This document shows positions 23,201-38,200 of a stretch of DNA of 64,000 nt, in pieces. A program made the translations under genes and the position numbers. Under the pieces are notes generated by a model that saw only the letters and a program-made list of their open reading frames with translations, did not search any database and was not told the origin of the DNA. The first letter of the stretch is position 1, and every line of letters starts with the position of its first letter. Where the stretch lies: the NCBI GenBank assembly GCA_002633005.1, contig NMRA01000571.1, positions 81,299 through 145,298 of the forward strand. The letters run 5' to 3'. This DNA is from Phoronis australis (Eukaryota > Animalia > Phoronida).

Positions 23201-26200
23201 AAGAAGATAGATAACGATGGTGCATTATTTCTTCAAATTGTCAAATTTTTTCCATCTATACTTTAGCCGGTAACGGCGCGTACTTGCCTGGTTACAACTT
23301 AATTGTATCAATGTTTTCAGACATTGTGGGAATTTGCAACAATTTCAGAAGCCAAAATCGATGAGATTTTGACGAACAAAAAGTTACAAGCGGATCTATC
23401 AAATAATGCGCTTCAGATAAAAATACAAAAGCATTGAATGTGCTTGATTTGGAAATTGACTTAGTTCAAGCAAGCTTGTTATAAGATAGCCAGTTTCATA
23501 ACATTTAGTCCCAAGCTACCGTAACCACCAACAGTATGCATTGCTGTCAAGCCACTGTAGTACTTCCAAAACATGAATTAGGCCAAAAAACCTAATTAGT
23601 TCTGGTCTGTGTTTTTTGAAATCAGGTTTGTGGTCCGGAATTTTTCAGTTGCTCATTTGTCAAAAAAAAATCCAAATGAGCAAAACTAATGTAGGATTTT
23701 TTGTTCTGCTCACCATTTGACAAATCATATTGTTTCAAATTTTGCTTATCATTGCTTACTTGTCTTTGTGCAAACCCAGGCAGAATTTACCAGTGAAGAC
23801 AGGTCTCAAGAAAAGCTGAGGTACAGACAAGAACAAGCTAAATGCTATTTGGCCTCATGCACATGTTTTTTGCCTGATCAATAGTTGTCAATGACGGTTA
23901 CACAAGCTTAGTCATCTCAGTGGCATAACTAAAATTACGAAATCTTAAGGAAAGTGTGCAAAATGAAAACTGGAAAAACATTAATAATGTATAATTGCAA
24001 TATCAAATGTGCAAACTATTCAATTGAGTGCAGTAAACACATGAGCATGAATTAATTAATATTAATGTGTGCTGAAAATGAAACTAAGCGAGGTGATATA
24101 GGAACCCCACGAATGCTACGTAGTAGAAAAATGTGAAGTGAAAAGAAACTAATTAATAAGTGAATATTTGTGTAGCTCTAGTTTGCTATAAAACAGTAGA
24201 TTCTATAAAACAGAGTGTAAATGATGAATGTCATAGAAAGTATTCTAGATATCCATAACTGTGGCAGATTAAGTAATGGGTGTGGCCCTGTAACATGAAT
24301 TGCTAACTACTGTTTGTCCTGTCATGGTACATTCACAATACCCATCATGCAGTACTCACATGTCTTTCTTTAAACAACGCAAAGTCATCAAGAAAAACGT
24401 TAAAATGAAATATTAAGCAAAAAACTAAGAATTACACAATCTCTTAAGAATTAAATACAGTTGCTTGTAAATCTGATGACACAGGAATCTCCTGAATATA
24501 TCCTTTAGACGCATGCATGAAATTCAACCACACACAAACAATCATGCAAAGTGATTCAAATTTTGTTAATGAACGAATTGTTGCCAAACCAACATTGAGC
24601 ACACGGTCAAATTACCATCGAAGGCCTGCTACACTGATAGAAAAAATATTCAGATTACACTGAGCAGTCGTAAACGAACTATTAACTGAAACACAATTCT
24701 CTTGCAGATGTTTGATTACTTATCTCCCTTTGTTGCTTTGTTTATCGTCTGCATGAGATAGCAAATTAAAGTTGATGCATGACAGTAGAAATTTGTGAGA
24801 TTTCCCTTTTACTGTCACCTATTGGCTGAGGGCCTGCGAAAAATGGCTGAGGACCTGTGACGAAAGGTTGGGGGTCTGTGACGAATGGCTGGGGGCCTGT
24901 GACAAATGACTTCCACTGGATAGGTAAAATCTTACCAATTTAGGACACAGTATGGACAAGTAAAATTTGCTTTTATATTTTTACATAAAATGTATGTAGC
25001 ATCAAATTAATGCTTTACCATGTTTTGCACCCAATAGCTAACAACACTCCCAAAGTCAGAAGACCTTGAAAAACATGGTAATTTTGTCAATAACTCTTCT
25101 CCGAAACAGGTAAGATTTTATAGTTCTTGATGTTCAATGAAAAACTGGTAGAATGGCTAACACTTGTTAGCACATTTATCTCATTGGGTACTGCATTTTC
25201 ACTGCAATAAAATTCGAAATGAAATTCTTTAATTTACAGACAACAGTTTGGGCAGCCTGCTGACACGTAATACTGTCTAAAATTTGGACAAGGGAATTCC
25301 ATATTTCCAACGCAAGAAAACAATAGAAAATCCATCAAGAGTACAATTTCCATAATATGCCGTTACCATTCACATTGTACTTTCGTTCCCCATGAATCTT
25401 GCATGATGTAATGTCCATATCCCATGAGCTGTATTTGTCCCAGGCATACGTCAAATAAACGTAAATTGTTCTCAACAACTTCAATCATTTGTACTCGAAA
25501 TACAACCCACAAAATGAACATCAACTAACGTCTTGCTATTTTGCACGCCAGATATTTTTCCGTTTTCATTTCCATCAACTCTGTGCCCAAAAAATATTGT
25601 TTTACAATTTCCAGGTTTACTACTACCAACATTCCGGACTGGGCAATTCAGACTCCATGGGGGATAATAAAGCAATAACCATCTCATTCAGGATCATAAA
25701 CCTTTTGTTAAGCCATGTTTACTTACAAAGTCCAAATGGGACAGTTAAATAACAGCACTCACAAAGAACTACTTTCACTGACCTTGCATGTCAATTTCAA
25801 AAGGCCTAATGTGTTTGAATCACACACACGACTTAAAACTGTCCGAAAAATTCTAAGCCACTATGTGGACTACTGACCCCTCAAAGCCCAAAAAGACTTA
25901 AAACCACGCAGCAATATCTGTGTAGCAGGTCACAGGGAATCAATAATTCAACTTTTCTTTCACAACCATGGCTACAAACAATCACAACGAAAACGCGAGT
26001 TTCGTCACTTTATGAGAACAACACACATTACCACAACACGCTACAACTTCCCACACCAACGCATAAGACAAAGCGGTCATAGCATGCGGTTTTGCAAAAA
26101 TCGCGCATTACGCTACACAAATCTAAACCATGATCACACCAGACAAGCAATTCAAGTGGCCTAAGATTCACCAGGTTATCTAACAGTGCCGCTACCTAAG

Positions 26201-29200
26201 TTGTTTACATGTTACTAAGGCAACAGAAATCACCCTAGCGACTGAAGGCCCACTCACCAGATTTGCTTCTCTGAACTGTTTGGAGACAAGTGATAAAGAA
26301 TATTAGGGAACTGAAACGTCCTCATTGGGACAAGTAAAAGATAAACAATAAATGGAAAATACACCAGTTTTTTTTGAAAAATAATGTAATTGACTAAAAA
26401 CTGAAGGACATTTCCAAAAAAACATTTACATTTCACAGCATACATTTTCTGACACAGCCCCATTGGTACATTAACCTTTTATTAACAATCAATTTGTTAT
26501 GGATGAGAAATTGGACGTATAAAGTCAAAATGACCTCTGAGCACCATTGGAGCATAATTATCAAAAACATTAAATTTTCCAGCACAAAATTTCTGACTCA
26601 GTTTCATTGGCATGCAAATGTTTTATTGTTATCAGTTTGTTGTGAATGAGAAATTGGAAATTAAATCAAGATTTTAGGAAAAATTGTGCATAGTTCACAT
26701 AAATAAACTGTTTCATAGTGTCATGAAAGTGCACAGTCAAGGAAGAATTTCAAAAGGTCAACTACAACTTTAAGATTGTAGCTACTAAGAAAATCCCATG
26801 GTGACACCAGCGAAAATGAAACCATATAAGTAAGAATTTCAAGAAGTCGACAACATCTTTTACAATGTAGATACTAAGAAATGGTGAAACTCAAGAGCAC
26901 CAGGTGGCGCCAGTGAAGCAACGCTCCCACCTGAAGAAATACTTGCATTCAGATCCCATGAGATCCTTATCTCATTAAAACCACCAGTCTGGTAAATATA
27001 CAATCAAATTGCCCATTTCCTGATACACAGGTGGCGCATGTTTGGGGGCAAAGACTCACCTGTGACAGGGGGCGGGGATGAAACGACCATGGGGTAGACA
27101 CTGTGCGGCCGGTTGGTATACATTCCCACTTCCATGTCATACACCTGACGAAACAGACAGAGACCTCTCAAGTAAACTATGAGTAAAACGATTGTACCAT
27201 GTTTTTAAACAGTTAAAACAGTCTATCATCCATGAACAGTACAAATTAAACAAAAGTATTCCAACAAAATATCGCATTCCCATGGTGATGGCTAACCGTG
27301 CTAACAACAAAAATGACTGAGAAGTAATAACTATTTTCGAGGCTAAAATTACAGAATGGCTTAACCACGTTTCTTAGCTTCCTGTTATCTCCCCTTCCTA
27401 CTGAGTCACGAAAAGAAATTACTTCTGCCCAACTATCGCCATGAGGAATTAGGAGTCACTGTGTCTGTTTTGCATGTAATATACTCTCAAATACGTATTC
27501 AGCTACAAAGACATTCCTTTCCCATCTCCCACTCCTCCTGCTCCCACCCATCCTCCACCGCTGCCGCTCACTCTACTCCTACAACACTCCCCCCCTCACC
27601 TGCGTCTGAAGATCGTCCACCCTGTTGAAAGCGTCCAGCTTCAAGTGCCTCTCATGGTTCAGTTGCTTCTTGATTTGAGTCACGTCCTTCTTAGCCTTGT
27701 CTTGCACCAGCTGCTGCAGCCTCTGGTGTCTCTCCTGCTCCGTCATCAACGTCTGCATCTGCATCTCTTTCAGCTCGAGCTCTTCAAACTAGAAGGTAGA
27801 GAAATTGAGCTAAACTGGGACAAGATGCTTCCATCGACAACATCTGCAAAACATTTTCCTTCAGGTACAGCCATTCAACTCAGAATTTAAAGTCGATTGA
27901 AGATTCAAAACTAAAAAGACTTCATTGACAAATCGAGGCCAGTCATTGGTCCTGCTCTGTCGTAAGAATTTGAGTCTCTCTTTCAGAATCAGGCCTTTGA
28001 AATAAAAGATAGTTGGCAGGAGACGTCAAGGTGAGGGGCATCAATATCAGCAAATTTTGGAGACCCTTAAACTCTGACTTTCTAGAAGTTTGAGCACTTC
28101 ATGCAAAGAAACAGGAACACTCATGCAAGGTTGATAGAACACATTTTGGCATTCGGCTATCAATGCAAGAGTCTTCATCTTGAGCTCTTTAATGTGAGGG
28201 TAAAGCAACCGCAAGCTGACTCCAAGCTCTTCAAGTTTAAAGATATCAACGCAATCACCTCACGATGAGATCTTATGGCAAAATGTTTATTCAGAAAATA
28301 ACTTAAAACAAAACATAAAACCTAAAGTGAATTAATCCAAGGACAGTGGCGTGTCTCTCTGAAAGGTCACAAAATCTTACCAGTTTTTCAACGTTCTGCA
28401 TTTTCGCCATATCTAACTGTCGTTGGCTCCGGGCCTTCTGCATGGCGGCATGCTCTTTTTCTGTCTTCAACTTCATCTGCAAACATCAAAAAACCACATT
28501 CACATACCATGCGTCTTTATTGTTCACTGAGATTAGAAACTTTAGCACCTAAGGCAACTAAGACGTCACCCTATATTATCTACCTACACTAACTGTTTCC
28601 TGTAACAGTTGTAAAGACAAGACCTAAATCAACAGCGGACATACCTCTCAAGCACCAAATCGCAACTCCGGAGTAACTGAGCACTCATTTAAATAATAAT
28701 TCTTTGTAGTTCAGCTACAATCCTAAGCTACTAGTAGCATAAGTCTCGTAGAGTTACTATTGCCTGAATCTTGAATATGATCAATAACATAATATTTTAG
28801 CTGAGATATCAGAAGTGTGCAGTGTTTCCTAACACCTGAGTCATGCTGCCACAAGAGTTAACATCCAAGTGTATCCATGCATTCAGAATGTGAATACTAT
28901 GGACAAGGTGTTAGAAAAGAAGTGTGCAATGCGAGTTTCCTGAGCATGCATTACTCAACGTGCCAGTGCGTGCTTGAAATGAGAAAGATTAGTATGTTCC
29001 ATGCAAAATTTATTCAGGGACGGGGGGACGGGACCTATGGAACGTTATACGGATGGCCATTGAAACTTACAAACTCGCGCTGCTGAACGAAATGAGACAA
29101 GTTAATATGAGAACACTAGAGTCAACGACTAAGTCATAATCAATGTTGCTCAGAATTACTGAAACCAAGAATGGACAAAAATGGGAAGCAGGTACTGAAA

Positions 29201-32200
29201 TGAACACAAGAACCTCAATGAATGTGGTGTTCCATTACCATCTTTCTTGTAAGTGCTAAAAGGCATTATTTATAATTGCTTGAGGCAAATCTAAAAGCTG
29301 ACAACGAAAGTGTGTTTCGAAGATTGATCTGGACCAGAAGTCTGATCGCCAAACTCTAATTCCGAATCATTTTTGATATTTTTGTATTACACTGAGCAAG
29401 AACACAGAACAACAGTCTAAATTATGATCACGCCAGGCAAGCAATTCGAGTCTAGTAGCATTATTGCTTGCATAGGTGAGTTTCTAGTCCAAGATCGCAA
29501 TTAGTGACCTCGAGATTTTTGAGGTAACTTGAGAGGCTGAAACATTCATGGCAATCAGATGACGTCTGCTTGTTTCTTGAAAAAATCAAAACTATGAAAA
29601 CTTTACGTTAAATCTTGTCAAGTTTCAATTCAATAGCGATCAAAATGGTAAAAATAGTCTGAAATTCAGCAGAACAGAATTTACTTAAAATATATCAAGA
29701 GTTCGCCACAAGTACACAGATTAGATCCCAGAGCCCGAGATCTAATCTTTTTCTCAAAACTGTTTTCGACACTTCCTGTTACGCTTTTGTGCTAATGTTA
29801 GATAAATGTTTATAATTATCATTGTAATCTGTACTCGAGTAAATTATGAATTAGGTGATGCTTGGTTAATCCTAACTTGCACCTGATGGCCAGGGTGTAA
29901 AAGCTTTGATTTTGGATCTGAACTTGAAATCTCAACATTTTACTCAAGTTCGTATGTGGAATCTAGGGTCACCAAGTGTAATCTTGGACTAGACCCTCAT
30001 CTGCATGAACCAGAACACACTAATAATGGACACTGAGCACGCGGAACAGTAGAACGGAAAACATGAACTTGCTTTTTTCAATTTTGAATACGGAGATTGA
30101 GAACGAGGGCCATGATTTCGAAGATAATGACAGATCCTCTACTGTACAGTCTCTTTTTTGTATAACTATGAACACTAGCATGATAAATGCTGCCTTTGAA
30201 AACTAAGTTAGCACCAGCATCATTCAACCCACCTCTTTCTCCAAGTCCTTCCTAATCTCAGTCACCTCGCCCTCGGACATTCCCAGAGCTTTCCTCACGG
30301 CCACAATCTGCTGCCGGTTGAGTATCACTTCCTCCTCGGCCAGCATCTTGATCTCTAACACCTCCTTCCTACTACGTTCCCCCTCGTGAGTCAGCTCAGA
30401 GATCTGAAAGATTGTTGCTACAATGACTTGGTTTTTCCCAAAGGCATCTTGCTATTACTTCTCCCATATCATTGCAATTATAATTACAGTGAATTACTCT
30501 TACCGACATCTTTATCATTGGTTTGAATCCATCATCAAATCCTTAGGTGGCAAGAGATCAGCTCCAAATAGCCAAACACAAATTAAACAGAGTGCATGCC
30601 TGGTCGCACACTGCAACACAAGTGTGTCATCATACCAGCTTAGTTTCATCAGATGATCAACCTACCGTCTTCTCAAAGCCAGTTCTGACGGCACATTGCT
30701 TCCAACGGCTCATCGTTTTCATCTTGATCAAGAGTTTGTTTAGTTGGTGGTTCTCTTGTTGGAGTCGGCGCATGGCCTCTGCCTTGTTGGCAAGGTTCTC
30801 CGCATACAATTCGTCTGGAATCACAGTGTAGTCAAATGAAGGAGGTCACAGGGAAGATCACAGTCAAATGTCATGAATACCAACTCAAAGGAGAACAAAT
30901 ACAGCCCATCAGGGAGAAGATAACAAGACAAATTAATATGAATTTAAAATGTATGACACATAGCAAATCAGAAGGAGGTTAGAGAACAAATTTGCAAATC
31001 AATGAATATTAAAATGAAGGAGGACACATAGCCAATCAGGGATCACAGAACAAATTCAAATGAATCAAAATGAAGGCAAGTATCACAAAAAGAACAAAAA
31101 TTGAAAAAAACGGGAAAACTTTACCTCCAATGAAGCCAATTTTTCTCTTGATCTCGGCGTGTTTCTCCATAGCTTCTGCCCGTGTTTTACCAATCATTTC
31201 ATACACACTGTCATGGAGATCTTCTCTGTTGACAAGTAATCAGTTGGATTGAATTTGACCAAAATGCAATCATTTGAAATACTAAATATTAATATGAGTA
31301 GTAATGATTTCCTTGACAGGTATATGCCATCACCTAATAAAGAATCTGTCCTCTTCACAGGAGAGATGAGAGCCCAAGATGCTTAAAAGGATTATTAAAT
31401 CCTGTTTTGATGATTTCAACCAATCCTCGCTCTGTCACCTACTAATACATCATTGGTGTCAATCTTGGATGATAAAGGCAGGAATCAACCAGAAACTCAT
31501 CCTCCCTATCTCACAAATTAGATGTTATGGTATATTGATGGGTGGTCTTTTCCCAAAGTTGCCGTGCAATTCGCTAAAAGCTTATAAGTAATGCTTGCCC
31601 ATTTAGCAGACATTGAAAGGAGTTTTCAAATTTTCTCCAAACTTTTGAGGGTTGTCGAGAGTTAAGAGCATTATTTTGTTTCAGAGAACTGGAAGGGAAA
31701 GTCATCTTCAGTATCTGTTAAAAGGTCAAAACCAGATCTGGTATCCTTTCAAAATGCAAGAAAAATGCAAAGTGGGTGGATTAAGTATTAAGGAGATGGT
31801 AAAATTCATTAAATTTCATCTCACTTAGTCTCTTAGTCATCTGGTAAAAACTCAAAAGGAAACCCAACACAAAACAAATCCCTTAAAATTCAACTAAGAG
31901 TTTATACTCCAAAATGTTGTCGATTCTTGGTACAGGCAGAGCTCCAGCAACAGCACAATAATTTTTAACTGTTGTCGACCCTAATCCGTCATATCAATAG
32001 AGTCCACAGTCCGCACTGAACACACATATGCTTCACAAACCACGTGACCAACAACTCACTTGTATTCATCAAGCTTGGCCTTCAGTGTGAAGGCAGCAGA
32101 GAACAAGTTTTGCACAAGATCGTCGTACTCTTCGCGTACACGCTCACGAATGTCTCGCTCTGCGGTCAGGGCATTGGTGCGCATCTCATGGACCTTGGCC

Positions 32201-35200
32201 CGAAGTGCAGTCACCTCTGGAACAAACAAGTAAGATGTGACTTTCCAAATTATGATTTTGATATTTACCAACAGGAAATAGAAATTAATGGGTTAGAAAC
32301 ATTTTGGCAGTCACCACGTACAGATGAACCTCATTTTGAGAACCAGTTTTCTCCACTGAACAGCAGTCATCACACTGGTTCTGAAAATACCAGACCCTTG
32401 CAAGTGACTTCAATCAATAATCAAACTATTAAAGCGATGTAACAAGTTGGTATGAAGCAAGCATATTATGTGAGTTGAAAATTTTAAGAAACGTTGACAA
32501 ATCCTATATTTGTCAGAAATAAACCACTCACCTATCCCTCAATCATCTGCCATAATGTAATTAATCAATAGACACTAAATTTTTGTCTTACAAGTTGTCC
32601 AACATGTTATATGCAAGTCTCAAAATCTCAAGAATTTCCTCAAAATATGTAAATTTCTCAGAAACTCGTTTATCAGCAGCTCAATTCTCCCACTGCGCCT
32701 CACCATTTCCAGTTTACATGACATTGTATATTATTTAATGTCTGAAATTTCTTAATTAGAATGCACTAACTTCCATACAGCACTTAGTCTATCTTTGAAA
32801 GCCTTTGGTTCATATTTTGGGGGAGAAACCTTTAGCGGTATTCATTTCTTATTACCCATGATGCAACAATAACTCAAACAAAGTATAGCATTTATTGCTT
32901 CAACAACAAGATTCCCTGCTGCAGACATGATGTATTCCAGTTTGAAAATTGCAACTTCAGCTTGACCTAATTAGTGCTACAGAATGGCGCTTATATTTCC
33001 AAGAAACATCCCACTCACCCATCAGCAGGTCATGGCACTGTTCAGCCATCTGACACTGCACGTCTATCATGGAATTGTCATTAGCCTGTTGCAGCTGGCC
33101 CTGCATATGTTTCACTTCCTGTTCCTTCTGGTACAGCAGCTGATGGTGGTGGCGCAGCAGGCCCTCGTAGTACATGGAGTAACTAGAACATGTGTGAGAA
33201 CGGAATACTTGACAAACGGAAAAGGTCTTGTCACAACTTTGGGCATGCTGAAATAGGCCCTAGGCATAGTTCATGCCGAATTAAGTATGCAGGATTTGTG
33301 AATTTTATAAACAAATTATAAAAAATATACGACTTTCTGAGACTTTACTGATACTGCTGATAGAAAATGAGAACGCCGAGTGTCTAAAAATGCCCAACTT
33401 ATGAATTCTATTATCTTTTTCACTATTTATTTTCTGTATTTAAAGGTTTTTGCACGTTAACTTGAAGCCTCCTGACTTGTTACAGATCCCAAAATTTCCT
33501 GCTTTTCCCCAACTAAAGCTCTTTGCGTGTACAATGAAAATGAACTAACCTGGTGGCATAATATGCAAGTTTTCAAAATGGCACTGCAGATTACCAGCTC
33601 TCAAAAGCTGGCATCCACTGACAGAATGAAACTGTCCAAGAAGCTTAGATTCAAACCAGACGTCTAACATTTTTTTACTGAATTTGGATAAACTACCTTT
33701 AATTGTCAATGATGAATGATGGAGGAAAGTACAATTACTAAATAATGCAAACAAATGCCAAAATTATAATCATTCCTGGTTAAAATGTCGTCAAAACTAA
33801 TCAATTACTAATAAGCTAAACAACTGGTTTATTCCAAGTTAAGTTCAACAGAAAATCTCCTTCACTGGAAATGTAGTTCTGGTAGATGGTATTGGAAAAG
33901 TTCTGCCAAAGTCTGAGCATTTTTTAAAGTTAACTGATAGTCATAAATAGCAAACATCACGACCAAGCATAATGCTAAATGTCTAGTGCCTAGTAAAATA
34001 CACAACACCCAGAGCAAGGCTCAATTCTCACTTTTCAAAGTTCTGTTTCTCTCGAGCCATCACTGAGCTGGCCAATGACTTCATACATTTGTCCAGGTGT
34101 TCTACAGTGAAAGTGACCGTATTCGACTCCTCATCCATGGTTGTACCGGAATACAGCTCTTCTGCGTACTTCTCCGCAATGTAGGGTTTGGATATCGTAA
34201 AGGTCTCTTTCATAGCCTGAATCACGCACAAAGGTAATGTATACATCAGCAGACTATGAGAGGATAAACTAGATGATTTTATTAAAAATTTCATAAACCA
34301 ACGAGCAAGGAAAGAAGAACCCACTCAGATGATTTTGTCATGAAAATCATACAATACTTTAATTTCAAAATTTCAAAGCATAACTCAGATGATTTTAATG
34401 CTCAGAACATCGTACAATTTAGTTTTCAAAAGAGACTTTCCCATTAAAAATCGCTGACATTTCAAGGCACCCTTCAAAATGCAAAACAAGTTGTGTTGAC
34501 TTACTGGTTTCTTCCACAGATCCGTTGGCAGTGTACCTTCTTCTCTCGCTCGCTCTGAGATGACCAGATTCATCTCTTTGTTAATCCTCTTCTGCACCTC
34601 AGCAATCATGTAGATCTCCAAGTTCTCCAATAATTTAACAAGCTGTGCAGGCAATGGAAGAAGACAGTGGTTTAGGAATCATTGTTATAAATATAAATAT
34701 CAATATCAACATCAATATCAGTATCACATCATGTATTAGTATCTATTTCACTTAACATATCAGTATCATTATCAGTATCGTTACATACAGCAGACACAAC
34801 TGATATATTTCCAAACAAGATTCACACCTCTCACTATCCATGATTCATTACATGACCAGCATTAGATAACCACAAACTGCTGTTAAGCTCTGCTCACTTT
34901 ATCTGAACAGAATCGCTTTCTGTAGGCCACAGTTTCATGATGGGCACACAACAGAATACGCATTATTTTTCAGCTGCTTCTTTGTGCTAACCTCGACACT
35001 ACTCTCTGTTAAGTACATTGCTTCTAACTTTCTGTGCACCAGACTTGCTTGCCATATGACAACTACCAGTATGCACATTTACAGTGTCTCGCAAAATGAT
35101 GCCAAGGGCTTCACACAACATAGCAAATGCTACAGTCACAGCGAATAAATAACAAAACAGCTGATTACAAACCACCAATAAATTATCTCCTTCTATACAA

Positions 35201-38200
35201 AATCATGGATTTTGACAACACCATAGCGACCGTTCCAGACCGCTGTCCTAGCTGACAAGGACTCAACAATACATGAAACTCGACTAAAAACGACCAATCG
35301 TATGTCAATGACACATTTCCAGTTGATTGCTTCAGTCAAGTCTCAAGTGAACAGCGATGGTATAGGCATTGGCTGCAAGACACATTCACGCCAGATCTGT
35401 ACTCGACGAAAAGAATTAACAATAAGTCACCTGTTTAGATCTAATCTCATACTCTGACGCCCCCTTGGGGATGACGAGAGGCTCCGCGTCAGACACCATG
35501 CCCTCATACAGGTCCGCCTGGTTGTACCTCCTGGCAACACTGGCTAACACTGGGTACAGCATGTCAGATTTGTACAGTTTGCTGCAAAAAAAATTAATTT
35601 TACAGAATGATGTTTATCATTTTAAATATCAGAAATAAATAAAAAGGACACTGAGCATTCTTTAACAAATAGTACTTCAGACAATTGATAAGTCCCTCAA
35701 TGTAAAGCTTTCAAAAAGTTTTGAAAACGACGCAGTCAACAATTTTGAATTCAGACTTTCCATTATCGAAAAGTAATTTATTACAGTGGCACGACAATGC
35801 ATAAAATACGTTTTCCTTTCAAAAAATATACTCCATCGTTCCAAATCATATTTAATGCATGTTAGTATTTAATTAAATAGACTTTGATGTGAAATTTGAT
35901 GTTGGGCTCTATTTACCAGGCACCATGAGTGATGGTTTTAACAGAGCAATATTTTCTGATCCACATGTCATGAACGAAATCTCAACAATAGTTTTTATAA
36001 ACTTCCACATTTCGTTGACGACAGTGCAAAGACAAAGAATATTACCACCCCTGCGACTACTAAGCTAAGCAACGAAGTGTATTCCTTAACTGGGCACTTG
36101 TACAGGACACTTTACAAATTATTATTGCAATATTCACGAGAGCAAAAATACAAATTTTTGTGGTCTTCCTGACTTCTTTCCTCCCTACAAAAATTTCAAA
36201 AACATTTTGGATGAAAATAACAACATTGAAAACTCACAGGCCAAATTGTCTGTGTCTGAGGTTTTCTGTTTTCTGTTGAGGCCAGATTTTCCAAAAACCA
36301 ACAATGATGACATCGTATTTTTCCAAAAATGTGGAAAAGCAGGCATAACAACTCTTCTGCATGAAGTGAAAAATGTACACCAGCAGCAAGATTCGACCAA
36401 CTCTCTAGAAAAGTATAGTTTGAATCCTCGCAAAAATGGTGATAAGAAGCAATAACATTTGATAAAGAGACATTCGTGACTAAGACTCTCCATTGTGTTT
36501 TGGTTGGGAGTAGGAAAACCACCATAAAATTACGGGTAAAAGTCGGCACTATCAACAGGAAATGTAAAGATCAGCTCTAGCATTTTTGAATTTTCTTGCA
36601 TAATACAGTGCAGTCTTCTCAACACAAATGGCACACTGTGAGCGTCCCTCAGTTCATGACGGGCTCATCACGTTGCCACCTACCAAAAGTCCCTCTGCAG
36701 CTGCACCGTGTCTATCCGCTCTACCCCCAGTCTACGACAACCCCACTCCATCTTGAAGGCCTCTAGCTGTTTCCAGAGGGTGAGGAAAGTCTTCAGGAGG
36801 CGATACGCTTGGATGGGCTCCGATGTGCGTGACAACGGCTTCTTATTTGGTTTGGCAACTGCAACAAAGTACGTTAAATGCATGAGAGGTCAGAGCTGCA
36901 TCTGCTCATTATGTAATACAACATCCTGAGTGTACTATTGCAAAATGGTCTTGCTTGGTTTTTACAGTAAAGCAAAAATTAGTAATCAGACAAAATACCA
37001 TTTCCGTTGTGACGGATAATTCCGTTAAAAATTCTAATTACAGAACGGCATTAACGGTCTTACTAACTTTACCCTTCATATCTTCATAATAAACAATTTT
37101 TGTGAACGTACAAAAATCTAAATTCACTAGAGATAGTTAATGCCTCACCAACAGATTTGACCTTTGACAACGTGTCAAGCGATTCTCCAGTTTCCTTCCT
37201 GGACGGTGGAGCAGACACTTTTGCCGAGCTCTGTGGACGAGATAGGCTACCAGTGCTCGCCTGATCAGCTTGACTTGCCGGCCTACTTTCCTCTGCTTCA
37301 CCCCCTTCCGCCTCCACTTCATCCTCCTCTGCAAGTAGTTCCTCTGCATTCAAAGCACCGCTGTTCAAGACATCCTCCATAAGTAGAGAGACTCCGAGTA
37401 TTTCACCATGCGCCACATGTCTGAAAGAAACATTTTTGGCACTTCATTAAAAGTAATACACAGAGATAATTACGCTGAGTTAAAACTTCCAGTTTAAATC
37501 AAAATGTTTACCAAAAGCAGCTATATTCCTGCAGCAATAGTCTTTAAACATTTGGAATCTCGACTAACCATCTTAAAAAACCTCTTAAAAATTAGTTACT
37601 GTACCAAAGCAATAATGTTTTCAAGGAGACCGATGAAAATGATTGGCTTCATCAAAAAAACAAACTATTTTGTAGCTCACAACACAAAACAAAATATTTA
37701 ACTTTCAGAGTACAGACCATGGATGTTTTATCTCAGTCTACAAAATTCACCATCATTTCCAAAAACGTCTCTATTGAGAGATTTACAAAATTTATCTCCA
37801 TCAACTGACTTTCACTACAATGTCATCAGTGAAATCATGTACACCCACACCCACACCCACAAGAAACCATGCAAGCCGCCTATGAATTTCAGAATCAATA
37901 ACATCAAACTACATCAGCTCAAAACTGCTTTTTGAAATAATTTTTTATGAGAATGTAAATCTCTCAACAGAAGGTTGGCTGGACGTCACATTAATTGTAC
38001 AATGAATGAACAGAACGAAGACCCTCAATGTATCCACTCAGTAAATAAGTTGATCTCAAGACTGCTATAGATAACAGTGGCCCACAGTTGATGTTTCATG
38101 CGTTTTCTTTTCAAATGTGAGTAGTAGAGGCCATGGTGCACTGCTTCTTAGAACACGAATAGTTAGTTATTGTCGCTTCAGCCAGAGCCAGAAGATGTCT

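Noticed and set aside
24720-24748. 29-nt exon candidate
   Set aside because: It ends in an in-frame TAA and has a weak donor, with no other support.
26186-26205. Recursive (AG|GT) splice site
   Set aside because: Weak pyrimidine tract and donor, in an intron of only 5.4 kb. Expected by chance.
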